Assembly: GCF_021869535.1 (NCBI RefSeq)
Contig: NW_026262582.1
Span: 40,362,001-40,426,000, forward strand
DNA: 64,000 nt
Reading direction: 5' to 3'
From: Mytilus californianus
Lineage: Eukaryota
Shown here: positions 26,404-39,019 of the stretch, in pieces
Layout: the number at the start of each line of letters is the position of its first letter
How positions within the stretch are numbered: position 1 is the stretch's first letter
Made by a program: the position numbers and the translations under genes
The notes under the pieces: model-generated
The model's input: the letters and a program-made list of their open reading frames with translations, nothing else
Databases searched by the model: none
Told to the model about the DNA's origin: nothing

Positions 26404-29400
26404 AATTGATACATATGGTTGCAGCTAGACTGGTTGATGTTTGTGTAACGTCCAGTGACACATATTTGATAATGACTCTGCACCAGAGAATGGAATGCTG
26501 TATGACTGATGACGTCAATAACATGTATTAACTTCCTTGATTTATGAGTTTCTAACTTTCTGTTATATGGCTGTCCTTTTCTTTAAAATTTCACAATCTA
26601 AATCATTATTTCGTTGTTAGGCATCAACTATTATACCAGTGAGGGAACCTAATATTTTGTTATATCGAAAAAAATCTGACTCAAAACATTTGTAACACAG
26701 GTAGAATCATGAACATTTCATAATATTTTCCACACTTCACTTACTTTATTGGCGTCTAGAGAGAAATAATCTAACACGAGCTGACGCTGAATAAAAGAAT
26801 AATTTTAGATGAGAAAAAGCATACAATTTACCTCAACATAAATAATCCCTTACCTTAAGAGGAAAATGGTAGGTGCTTTTTAAAAATATTTGAGAAGCAG
26901 TTGTTTTATAGAAATCATCTCATTTTCAAAGATGCTTCTCAGAGTTTTATGTAGTCTAATTTTTCGATATTCACTGATTACCATTTTGTACACATATAGC
27001 AGGGATTGGTGTAAAATAGAATACTTTATTGTCCACGAAGAAAATATGTATCTACTGGCATCGATGGTATTTTTGATCTTAAGGCAAATCTTCTCTTATT
27101 ATTTTCAGTATGTCGTATCAGTATATGCGCCATATTCAGATATGTGTGTCTTCCGACATGTACAACGAACGTTCGAATGTCGAGCTCTGTAAATTTACAG
27201 ATTGTGACCTGTTCCCTATCGTGATATGTTAACTGCATGAATCGGGATGTTCATTGTGATGACAAATGCATAGCAGGAGACAAACATTTTGTTACTCCGT
27301 TGAGGTTTTGGTCAAAATTATGAACAAACAAAAAATGAAAAAAGACGAAAAAAACAATCACAAGTCTACAAAACACTACAAAGGAAACTAAAAATAAAAA
27401 TAAAAGATAGGGCAACATAATCCACATCTATAAACCCGGGGGATAAACTCATGTGCTATGGGAGGGTTAAAAGGTGGGGAAATATTAAACAGACGAGTAT
27501 ATACATTGTAGTTACAGGTAAATAAACCAGGTGTAATAAAACCCAATTAGCTAAAGACTTGATTGGTACTACGAGTTCCAATGAAAAATGAGGAGAAAAT
27601 TATGTTGATTAGAACGGGTTTGCATATCTAAAGAAAAACACTAACTGCCTGGCTGTAAAGGTCACTTGTGACGGCCTTTGTTCTGTAAAAAGTCTTTGAG
27701 AGTGGAACTTATTGTACAATTTTCAGGAAGCATATCAATTCACTTTTTTCTTACCGGGTCTGTTCAGTATAGCCTAACTTAATGTATACGGTAACGATTT
27801 GATCATTGTTGAAGGTTGTATGATTATCTAAAATTGTTCACATCTTTGTCTTTTGGTCTTTATGGACGATTGTCTTATTGACAATCATACCTCAGGTCTT
27901 TTTTTGTATGGTTAATGTCAGTTTATTAAGACTATTTTCATGTACCTTGGACAAACATATAGCATCCATATTTAACGTGTGACTAATAGAAAAAGAATTC
28001 TCTTTGATTGCACAAAAATGATATCTTAAATCCGAAACTATTCACTTGTTCAATGGAACTTTTCCAATAAGTTTCAAATTTCAATGACATCGGTGACTCA
28101 TTATAAAAGCATTTGACAAATTCCCTTTAGTTACCCAGCGACAAACTATTGATTAAATATAAATTGACAACATCTTATTTGTAGCTGATAAAATCTATTT
28201 ACATACGAAATTCATCGCCCTAAATATGATTTATGGTGTAAATTGTCATAATAAATTCGTTCTACCAATGCTGGTACAACGTGGTGTCTGCCCATTAACC
28301 ATGGAGGTTTTCGCGCTCAATTTAATCACTTTCACGTATCCATTTTGATTTTATTATCCTTATTTAGGTTTATGAAAAATTAACGGACACAAATTACAAT
28401 ATACATCTGCATTGGTTCCCAAAGCTGTCTAGCATGATTATATAAGAAAGGTATGCAATAAAGAGTTGACAAAAAGCGGAACGTCGGGACCAAATTAAAA
28501 AGCAATGCCGTAAATTTAAATGTGTTTTCATTTGTAGAAGTTTAAAATTAATTCCTTTAATGTGTTTTAAATTATGAATATTTGAACTTTAGTGCGCTAT
28601 TAGCAAACAAATAAACATACATTTTCAAATAATTGATAGAAAAGAAATATTTAGTTATACGACAACAACATTCCTATTTACGTTATTGAAAAAGTAAATG
28701 TTAACGATGGCGTTTATCGATCTGTGTATATAAAGAAAGACAACTCTCGTGGTTTCAATGCTTTTAACAAATTTACTCGTGCATCATGCTGTATGCAATT
28801 CTAAGGTAAAAAGGGAAGTTTTATGCATTTTGTGATAAGTTTTCCATGCAACAGAAACAGAAAAGATTGAATGTTTGATTATTTAATGTAAAATAAAATT
28901 ACTACATAAAATATAGACAATTCTTTTTATAATTATTTGAAATAATAAACCATATCATATTTTTCTACTGTAACAAACGATATGAAAGAAAAGATATTAT
29001 CATTGTCAAATTTGAATTGTGGAGAGATGTCTTTTTCTATAGTTTCAAACAATTTCTGACGAATATTTATATAATTATTACCTTTTTCAGAGAGAAATCA
29101 TTGATTTGTTATCATATTGTAACGAAGTATAAAAAGGACTGATACATGTATTTTATGTCCAATGTCAAAAGTTCAATTAATGCAATGTAATAAAAAAAAA
29201 ACACTGTTTAAGATTATTTGGTTAATAAACATAATTTTTTTTAAAAGGTCATTCCCAGTTGTGGTTTATTTATTTTGATTTGATGTAACAGTATTACGAT
29301 TGCAAGCGACAACATTCTGGACTTTCTGCTTATTCGTAAGAATTTGAATAATGAAATAAATGTAAAAAAAATGTGAGATGAATGAACTCATAATGACTAA

Positions 29401-30926
29401 AACTAGTATTATGTTATTATATACTAGAACAAGTACATAATTAAACAAAATTATAAAATAATATAAGAAAAAAAAAACTTTACATAACATTGAAGAAATA
29501 GATTGAACGCATTAAACTATACAAGCACCACATTTTAAATTTACAGTATTTAAGAACAATACCAATACAAATCAATAAAAAAAAGTGAATGGACATATTG
29601 TTTTTGAATATTTTAAAGAGTAATCAGAGAATTTTGTTTCACATAACAAACAGTATCAGTAAGTCTTTGATGTATAATGTCTCTCAGTATAGAATGGAAA
29701 AAAATGTACATCATCATTTAGATAAAACGTATATTTGCTGTTGGAATTAATTATGGAAATTATATTAATTGACATATAAACAAATTTTGCTACTCTCAAA
29801 AGGGGGGGGGGGGGGAGGGATGTGCGGAATATCGAAAATATTGCAAATTTTCCCATATCTTTCCCTTTTTGACCGACAGCTTTTAAAATATCATATACGC
29901 TTAAACACTCAACGAGTTAACACGAAAGGAAACATTAATCAGAGTATTACCACATAAGCATTACTTATTATGACGGTAACCTATACAACAGACGAATTAC
30001 ATGCTAATGCAAATTGTTTTGGGAATGTGTATTAATAGAAAATAAATAGACTTTATACAAGTGCACATCAGTTTTTAAAAAAGTGGAATTAATTTTTCCT
30101 TAAATTCCATCAAATACTATCTTTGTACACAAAAATAGGCGATGACCACAAAATTCATAAAGATTATGTTAGCCTCGTGTTTTAGTTTTCTAAAAATGTT
30201 TACATTTCGGCTTTGATGCTACAAATAATTGGAAGTCCCCGCCTTAAATATCAGCATGTTGATATGAGAGGGAATCTTTTTCATAACACAAACATATTAA
30301 GTGAATATTTACATAGAATTTAAAGAAGCAATCTGTTTACATTTACTTATAGACTATCCACAAATGCAAGCGTCTGTCTGAGTAGGAAGTTCAAAGAGAA
30401 CCTTTTTTTTTTTAGATCACTGTAATGTTTTGGTCGGGGATAGTCCTAATTTGAAGGTAAGATATTCAAGATGGTAGTATAGCAGATAGCACATAACATA
30501 CATAGAAATTGATATTTAAGAGTATTTTACAATCAAACATTTAAAATTGTTATCCGGTGACATTAAAAAAAAATGACGTTTTTTCAAATAGTGTATACTT
30601 ATGAAATATTGCGTGCACAGCAAAGGGTTCTCTCAATGTTTGTTGCGTCCTTATGTTCGAAAATTGAAAGTCAAGTTCGTTATCAACACCAAATAGTAAC
30701 ATGTATATTATATAATACAACACACATATATATATATCTAACAAATATCTGTAAAATTTACAAATATAACTCATGGCCAAATCAAGCATATATATGTACA
30801 TGTACAAGTATGTATACAAAATCTATTCTAAAACTAAGTACACTTCCAAATATTTAGACAATCCTCTGATCGGGAAACAACATGTACATGTAACATAAAT
30901 CTAATTCTGTATGAAATAACATATAT

Positions 30927-31094
30927 GGGGTTCTCAATGGGGTGGGGGTCTTCATTTCGGTATTTTAAAAATGTATGGCCATTTTTCAATAAATACTTGA
31001 CATTTTAGCATTCCATTATTCTCTATTCTTTATTTTCTGGCCCATTCTCTTTTCTTATTTTTTTGGCGCATTATTCCATATTTTGTAACACCCT
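30927..31094 (-). mobile_element. MITE family C, degenerate
   Basis: GGGGTCTTCATT...ATTCTCTATTCTTTATTTTCTGGCCCATT...TGTAACACCC. Confidence 0.55.
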
Positions 31095-31844
31095 GATCGT
31101 CATATCGTACTAACCTACAAAATTTAATTTACCGAAGTAGAAACATATGAAGGCTTTTTCTTAATCATACTAACATATCTGTCCGCTTTTTAAAAAAACC
31201 CAATGAAACTATTAATATTTGACAATTGTAAAATTCTCAAAACGTTGCGAATATCCAGCGGGAAAAACATTCCATCAAATTCCATAAAATATTGACAGTC
31301 AGTATATTTTTATAATTTCTACTGTAAAAAAAAAACTTTATTTTTTTTCAAATCTATCTAAATTCAAACTTTTTTCTTGAATTTTCACTATATCTCGCAA
31401 AGTACATTGTATTTGTTTTTATGTGACACGTACTTATTTCAGATACTATATGAATATCAAAATTGTTACCGTCATTTTAGTTCGATATAAAAATTAACTT
31501 GATAAGCAAATATTGAAATAGAAAATGCTATTTATTTGTATACACGTTGATTTAAAAGAAGATACTTAAAATTTTGCTGGTGTGTTTTCCCCCTCACAAT
31601 TTCAGAATTCACGCAATCAAATTTAATTCTCTATTATTTTTTAAACTAGAACTTGATGTATAATGGAGAAAGGTTAGATGCAATGCCAATGAAAATATAT
31701 CAAGATATCAATGTCCTACGATAAACCTTAAGATTTGGTTCATGATGGTCTGAGGAATTATCTTTCTTAGAATGGCCCATCTCGAGGTCGTGCTAAGATC
31801 ATCGTAAGACCATCATATGGAAATCAATAAATATATGTTTAGAA

Positions 31845-32006
31845 TAAAATTGAGAATAGAAACGGGAATGCGTCAAAGAGACAACAACCCCGACTAAAGG
31901 GCAGAAAACAGCCCAAGGCCACCAATGGGTCTTCAATACAGCGGGAAAATCCCGCACCCGGAGGCGGGCTTTAGATGGCCCCGAAACAATAATATATACT
32001 AGTTCA
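31845..32006 (+). mobile_element. Family F repeat, 5' portion
   Basis: AAATTGAGAATAGAAACGGGAATGCGTCAAAGAGACAAC...ACTAGTTCAGT. Confidence 0.8.
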
Positions 32007-34579
32007 GTCTATGCATATAACAATGATCATGATACGTCGAGTATTCAAATTTGTGCTTTCCCCTTTCTCACTAAATCCACGAACATCAATATCCAGCTAA
32101 TACTATTGAATTAAAGGTATGTTTAAAAAGTCAAAATTATAATACATTTACATCTTGATAAAGTATCATCATTAAGTTCATTAATTTCGATATAAAAACT
32201 ACAATTTTATATATCAAAAGTATACAATGAGTTTTTGAGAAATATAAATAGCATACATTTGTGGTTCCAAAAATAAATAATTACAGGCAAATGATACAAA
32301 TTTACTAAATGAATTACAACTTTATTCCGGGTGTCGTTTACCTTGTAGGCAACATCAGAGTATGAAGAAAAAAATATGTTAAGTAACAAAAATTGCAATA
32401 GAAAACATTCGAATATAACTATTCAAAATTATTCAAAAATGAATACCCAAAATAAAGGGGTAACTGTTTGATGTTATATGAAAAGACAAAATATGAAAAA
32501 AATGTATGAAATGAATTTCATGTCATTACCGTGTGTCAAATATCAAATTAATTGTAACGAAGCAGGTATGACAAGCCCATCTTACTGGTCCCTTGAATAA
32601 AACAAAATCAAAGTATTATGAATCTATTAAAATAATAACATTTCAAATTTTCAAAAGGAATATTGTCAAAGATATTTATCTCAGGCGTTTACACTTCTTG
32701 TATTTACACCACGTTTAAAAGTACGACCGTAAGTTCGTTGTCTGATTAAAGATTAACATAATTATATTGTATCCGGCTACTCGTTCTACTGATAAAAAAA
32801 ATGGGTTTTTATTGTCCATAACTGATTAAATATAAGCTTCAAGTGAAATCTAGCTCGAAAGATTATCTGTAAATCAAAAATCTAAATATATGTGCTTATC
32901 TGAGATCAGACAAGGAATTTTCAATGGTATTAATAAACACTTTTTGAATAAAAAATTAAAAAAAACATAACAGAACTGCGAAAATTGTCTTATCTGAGTT
33001 ATGCCCATCAGTATTTAGATTTTCAACAGACTTATAAAAAGATGTTTGCCACCAATGTCTTACAAAAAGCTGTTGGTGGGAGTTAACAAAGCTTTGATAA
33101 GGGTTTTGCAAATTCTAACAATTACATAAAAGAAAAAAACACACACACACACATTTGTGACACTTTTTTTAATCCCCAAAAGGAGGATTTAACATAAAAA
33201 ATGACATCTTAGAAGACATTTCTGCAATAAGGTAACATACTATGGAATCCTGGTATCTTATCAATAAAAATTAACATAATTATCCAAGGATGACCTAGGT
33301 TAAGGTAGATAACACTTCTAAGTAACATAATACATATTATTTACTACTGTTCCACATGAGTGCTTGAAAAGAATTGATGAAACTGATTATAACAGATATA
33401 AAGGGTAAGCTCCCTTTATCCAGGTCGTCCCCTTTAAAGGATTGTAGAATTGTACCAGTTTTGCAATTTTAAGAAAAATGCAATTGCTCACATTTAACAA
33501 TGTATTTTGCTTACGATCGTGTGCTGAATGGCAATATTACAGTTAATGATATATTTAAAAAGTAATAAACTGAAGCCTTACACACAGCATCCAATATATA
33601 CTCATTATAAAAGAATGCAGACTACATGCATTACTTTCCCCTCCTGGAGTGGACAACACAGAAACACGTTATCTCAAAAACAACAAAATGTGTATGGAGT
33701 CACAAGGAAGACGTGTGCAAAAAACTTTTTTTTTTCTACTAGCAATGATATCAAATTTATAATCTAAAGAGTGATTGGTAAAAAATAAAAGTAAATGATT
33801 AAATGTTGTTTGCTTAACTGTTATACAAAGAGGGAATCCACAATGCTTCCTCTAATCAGATTCTGAAAAGGCAGATTGATCACACGTCCTACCCAATAAT
33901 AGGTCAAATATTGTATATGTAAAGAACGTGTCGCGGTTCAGGGGAATATGCTTATGACCATTTGTTTTACACTAGATAGCGAAGGGCTTACTTCTGATAG
34001 ATATCAAAAATTTGTCTTTACTCTCATCCATTATACCTTTTGGTTTTCTTGTTTGAATTGTTTCACACAATATCATATCGGGGCCATTTACAGCTTATTA
34101 TATGGTATGGGTCATGCACGTTATTTAGCTTCTTGTGGATAATTTCTCATTAGCATTCAAACCACATCTCCCAATTTTTATATTACATTCCTTTTCCACT
34201 GTCAGTCCAGGTTACCCACATGATTCCGTGTAATTCACCTCGCAGAACCTGCCTATTAGATTTGTTGTTAAATTTGTTCTCGTTCTAATTATTCAAGATG
34301 ATTTACCACTTAACGTTCATGAATGAACAATCAATCATTTGCTGATCATGTATAAAGATTTTAGATTTCTCCGATTAATTTCAAGTAGATAAAACTGAAA
34401 GTATCAAACTATTTGATTGAAAAGTATCTCACGTGAAAGACTTTAATATATTATAATATGATTTCTGTGCGCCTAATACGTGCTTATGAGCTAACATTCA
34501 TCTAGTACGTTTGACACGAACAGTTTTGAATGACAATTTGTTTTGTTCGCGTCGTTCAATCCATTAAAATATCTGATAT

Positions 34580-34990
34580 TGATGCCTGTTGTCTATATGT
34601 TCCTACTGCATGTCGTCTATCTATAATCTGTTCTTGTTTTCTGCCAAACACCTGGTTCTGTTGCCTGTCGTCTATTTGTTCCTTGTGCCTGTCTATTTTC
34701 TTTTCTATGAGTTTGCCAAAAACACTCTTCTAATAACGGCGTGCTTAATGATTCTGGTGCCTGTCGTGTATGTATTCCTGTTGTATGTTGTTTATTTGTT
34801 CCTGCTGCCTGTCGATTGTCTGTTCTTGTTGAGTGTTGAATACATGCTTCTGTTGCCTGCCAAATATATGCTTCGGTTGCCTGTTGTTCATATGGTCCTG
34901 TTGTTTGGGGTTTATCATTGCCTGTTGTCTTTTGTGTATTTAAACTTGTCAGTCGAGTATATTTTCCTGTTGCATCATGTATATCCATTC
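34580..34990. repeat. Degenerate 24-bp minisatellite inside the P1 coding tail
   Basis: Plus-strand unit resembles TTCCTGTTGCCTGTCGTCTATTTG. It gives 8-aa periodicity (QATEAYIW QATEACIQ HSTRTDNR QAAGTNKQ HTTGIHTR). Confidence 0.85.
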
Positions 34991-36260
34991 CTTTGGCTTT
35001 TCTCTTTTTTTTAGGTTTTTCTTTAATTTTCTTCTTTTTAGATGAACTAAACTCAAGCAAACTGTCTGAATCGGAACTACTGGAATTTGAACTGGGGTTT
35101 TCGGCTTTTAAACTGGACAATTCTAATGACTTTGATTTTTTGCTACAGTTTAAATCGCAAATGTTTTCTAACATTTTATCTACTTCATCAACATTTTTTT
35201 TAAACTGAAAATTTATTTCATAAAAAGTAAGTTTTGCCGGTAACGTGAGCAAATGTTGATCGATTTGCTTTTTTACTTTCTGAACTTCAATCATCACTTG
35301 AACATTTGAAGCCTCTCTTACGGTTATTTCTAAAATTTGCTTTGTATTCGCAACAGTTTTCTTTTTATTTTCGAGATCGGTAATAGAGGTTTCAAGTTTT
35401 GACTTTTCTTCTTCAAAATGCATTTGGTATCGTTTTGTCTGATTTTGTTTCATTGCATCAACTTTTTTTTGAACATTCGTCCAGAAGTCGTTGTATGTTT
35501 CCAGCTGAGAAATGTTGCGTGTTTCTAAATTTTCAAGTGACTCTCTTTCTAGTTGCATAACAATGTCTATATCTGATAATAAAGCGCTGACATCGTTTTT
35601 AGTCTTGTCTTCTGAATCCGTTTCTCTGAATTTCGATGCGGCATCCTCTATTGTCAAAACGTTTTCACACTTTCGATGGTTCACCGAGACACATGTTGCA
35701 CAACATGGAAGATCGTGATCAACACAGAACAATTCAAGATCTTTACTTTTGTGTTCAGTGCACATATTTTTGAAAGATTTCAGAACAATACCCTTTCTTG
35801 AAATATCAACAATTTCTTGGTTGGAACTAGATTTATTTATACGGTGATAGTTCACACAAGTGGAACAGAGAGTATCAGAGCAATCAATACAAACAGAATT
35901 TGCTTCTGACTTTTTATTGACGTCAAATCTTTCGCATGACATGCATATTTTTTCTGGCCTTTCTACTTTATGTTTTTCGATTAATCCGACAAGAAGAAAA
36001 TTCAGGGGCAGTCGCTTTGCCCATTGTTCTGGCGTTATACCTAATTCAGGGGCGGAAACGTTAGATCTACATACCGGGCAATTAATACATGTACGTGTAT
36101 TGTCTTTTTCGAACGCGGAAGTAATATATACCGCGATACAACTTTCGCAAAAAGTATGTAAACAAGGTAAATACTTCGGAATATTAAACTGTTCTAGACA
36201 AATTGTACACGTTGTTATATCATCGTCTGTTGTACAAGAACTTACTTCAGCTGTTGCCAT
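34617..36260 (-). CDS. TRIM-like E3 ligase, paralog P1 (RING C3HC4, B-box1, B-box2, coiled-coil, Ser/Lys-rich linker, 8-aa repeat tail), 547 aa
   Basis: Uninterrupted ORF. RING: CTIC-x11-CLHTFCESC...CPVC. B-box1: CMSC...CIDCSDTLCSTCVNYH. B-box2: CTEH...LFCVDHDLPCCATCVSVNHRKC. A predicted coiled-coil follows (about residues 215-350). No NHL/SPRY domain. An orthologue name cannot be assigned without a search. Confidence 0.93.
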   Translation of the reverse strand: MATAEVSSCTTDDDITTCTICLEQFNIPKYLPCLHTFCESCIAVYITSAFEKDNTRTCINCPVCRSNVSAPELGITPEQWAKRLPLNFLLVGLIEKHKVERPEKICMSCERFDVNKKSEANSVCIDCSDTLCSTCVNYHRINKSSSNQEIVDISRKGIVLKSFKNMCTEHKSKDLELFCVDHDLPCCATCVSVNHRKCENVLTIEDAASKFRETDSEDKTKNDVSALLSDIDIVMQLERESLENLETRNISQLETYNDFWTNVQKKVDAMKQNQTKRYQMHFEEEKSKLETSITDLENKKKTVANTKQILEITVREASNVQVMIEVQKVKKQIDQHLLTLPAKLTFYEINFQFKKNVDEVDKMLENICDLNCSKKSKSLELSSLKAENPSSNSSSSDSDSLLEFSSSKKKKIKEKPKKKRKAKGMDIHDATGKYTRLTSLNTQKTTGNDKPQTTGPYEQQATEAYIWQATEACIQHSTRTDNRQAAGTNKQHTTGIHTRQAPESLSTPLLEECFWQTHRKENRQAQGTNRRQATEPGVWQKTRTDYR

Positions 36261-36336
36261 TTTATTTGCTACTATTTAGTTCTGTATTTATATTTAGTTC
36301 TGTAGGATTGTCACATGATAATAACGCAACACATTC

Positions 36337-36390
36337 CTTACCAGGTGACCGAGATAACTAAACGTGAAAAAAGAAAACACATTAGTAAAG
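36337..36390 (-). promoter_or_regulatory. Conserved 5'-leader splice acceptor / 16-nt exon / donor motif (P1)
   Basis: Minus strand: TACTAAT, pyrimidine tract, TTTAG | TTATCTCGGTCACCTG | GTAAG. The same layout occurs at 41359-41400 (P2) and 48189-48235 (P3). Confidence 0.5.
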
Positions 36391-36621
36391 GGGAAAGTTT
36401 AAATCCGAGTTATACTGTTGACATGGTGTAAATGTTATACATGATAAATCGACAGTTACTCAACGTTCTAGAGACAGTATATGAATAACATTTACATTCT
36501 TTAATAAAAAAAGTTTAATTTAATCTTGATATATATATTTGGATAAAATGTATAATTTTTGCAGCGAGCAAATCTGGCGCTCGAAGGCGGGCGTCAGCTG
36601 ACCCTTAACAATAATGATTAT

Positions 36622-37052
36622 AAACTCAGCATAGATACTAGGATTAAAATTTTGTACGCCAGACGCAAATTTCGTTTACAAAAGACTTATCAATGACGCT
36701 CTAATAAAAAGAGTAAAAAAGGCCAAATAAAGTATGAAGTTGAAAAGCACTGAAGACCCAAAATTCTTAAAGGTGTTGCCAATATAGCTAAGGTAGATTT
36801 TTCCTAGGGTAGAAAATCCTGAGTATTTCGAAAAGATCAAAGTTTGTAACAGTTTATTTATTATTACGACTATATTAATGATAATTCATGTCAACACAAA
36901 AGTGCTGACTACTGGGCTGGTGATACCCTCGGGGGGAAAAACCTCCTCAAGCAGTGGCATCGGCCCATTGGTTGTAAATAAACTCAGATACCAGGAATAA
37001 AATTGTGTACGCCAGACGCGCGTTTGGTCTACAAAAGACTCGTCAGTGAAAC
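36622..37052 (+). mobile_element. Family B repeat with terminal direct repeat
   Basis: GATACYAGGAWTAAAATTKTGTACGCCAGACGC...TACAAAAGACT occurs at about 36632 and 36987. Relatives lie at about 45620-45955 (-), 42490-42740 (-), 57845-58040 and 59345-59460. Class unresolved. Confidence 0.65.
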
Positions 37053-39019
37053 TCAGTATATGACAATTATTATCCTGTTTTATGTATCGGGCAAAAACTA
37101 TGGAAGATAATGAGAAATTGTAAACAGCAAAAAATATTAACAAGACAAGATCTACAAAGAAATCAACAAAGTCTAAATTGTAAGTTCCCATCGTGGTTGC
37201 CCATGAAGACGATCTTTATCCTTTTTTTTTTTAAATTTTAGTCAAAAACTTTAATAAATGGAAACTGAATAAAAAGTTCAGCAATACAGATCAACAAAAT
37301 AGATTTTAGTCATGAATTATCTTTTAGTCGTTAATGTTGGAGAATGACCATTATTGAGAATGCACATATATCCAGGTGAGCGACAAATGCTCTTAAGAGC
37401 GAATAGTTTTATTATCATTTCCAATTTAATTCGGTAAGCGAAAGTTTCGTTTGACATAGAATTATAAAATAAACAAAATATCATTCAGGCTATAAATTTA
37501 AAAAAAAAATCCGTTTTAGGTCAATCCGATTCCTACAGATAATTAGGAGACAACTATTTGTATTACACGAATATGTATTAAAATTCACTAAATTGATATT
37601 CAGTCCCGATGTGATCCAAAGAGAGACATTTTCGTTTTGCATAGAATTATAATAGAATAACGGAAAATACCATATCAGGCTATGAATTTCACCAGTAATG
37701 TAAGTAATATGCTAATCCGATTTATATACAAAGAATAAAGAGATAACAGTATTGTATTGAGATTAGCAGGCATCAATTTAAGTTTATGAAATACAAAAAT
37801 TATGCCCTTAATTATCTAAATGAAATACTGCTATCTCAATTCTAATGCAACTGTATATATATATTTATATTGTTAAATAATGATTTTTAAAATAATGTTC
37901 ATTGATGTCTGCGCTTGCAAGCATCATTTAAAGCCATATTTTGTGCATTTGTTGACAGGAATTATGTGACGTTATCAATCAAAATAAAGGCATCTAGCAT
38001 TGAGGCATAACAATGATAAATGTAATCACAATATGAATTTGTTCAAACTTTCACTAAGAACAATTTGCAATTTGAAAAACACTGCATATGAATTTCTATC
38101 GATATTTTACACATTTTGTAAAGTCAAAAGATATACATTCTGTTAAAATCATTCTAAAATGGTTGTTTGTGAGTATAGCATCTCCTGTATAAAAATCCTT
38201 CTGTTCAAATGTGAATACTTAGTATGTAAGCAGGATTATGGAATTTTCACCTTAAATTTCAAAGATAAGTGAACATGCAACTTACTATAATGACTGGTAT
38301 TATAGTATACATAGGCTGTAAAACATATGCCCTGGTAACTTATACCGTTTTTTAATAAGATGGAGAAATGTTCTTTTTAATAACTGATAGTTTTTTTCTA
38401 AACTCAACGTCCAATGCATAATCATGATGAGGACTAAAGACATTAAAATTAAAATGTCGGTTCTGTAACGTGGGTCGACCAATTGAAGAAAACACGGTGG
38501 AAATGAGGGTATGTTGGAAGGCGCCGATGTAGGCAAGAGTATGCAACCTACAGAATAATCCCAAAAAGTGTCATTAAGTGATTTTCTCTAATAAGACATT
38601 GGATTCGACATCCACATTCCGACCTGACGTGATCTCGTGCAATAAACCCCGCACAGTCAAAAGGGTCTTCCGGGTATAACTAGAAGACGGGAAAAATTCA
38701 GGTGATCATGTGTTTTTACTTTAGTCAATATTTTGGGAAAGTAGTTATTCTCTTGATCACCAAGGGGTATTCGTCGAATACATGTACCATATTAGAATCG
38801 ATTGCGTTTATTTGTAATTTTATTTTCCAATTGTCCAACTTAATTCAAATATTATATATACAAATTCAATAAGCGTAAATTAAATAATTTTGTTTGACAA
38901 TTTTACTATCTTTTTTTTTTTAATTTTCACTTCTGCATTTTGCATTTCACTTCTATGCCCTTTTCTCTATTTTTTGTGGTGCTTTTTATCTAGAGTTGTT
39001 GCACTGGTTATCATTTCGA

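Noticed and set aside
28368-28450. 83-nt segment between a good acceptor and an AAG|GTATG donor
   Set aside because: It is isolated and the most plausible frame contains a stop; it cannot be linked to a gene.
34589-35014. 141-aa hydrophobic plus-strand ORF with 8-aa periodicity
   Set aside because: It is the antisense shadow of the P1 24-bp repeat tail, with no independent evidence of coding.
35860-36279. Plus-strand ORFs antisense to the TRIM genes (also 34918-35208, 35512-35718, 47303-47590, 47768-48211, 41081-41281)
   Set aside because: They are mirror frames of the real coding strand; their mutual similarity only reflects the paralogy.
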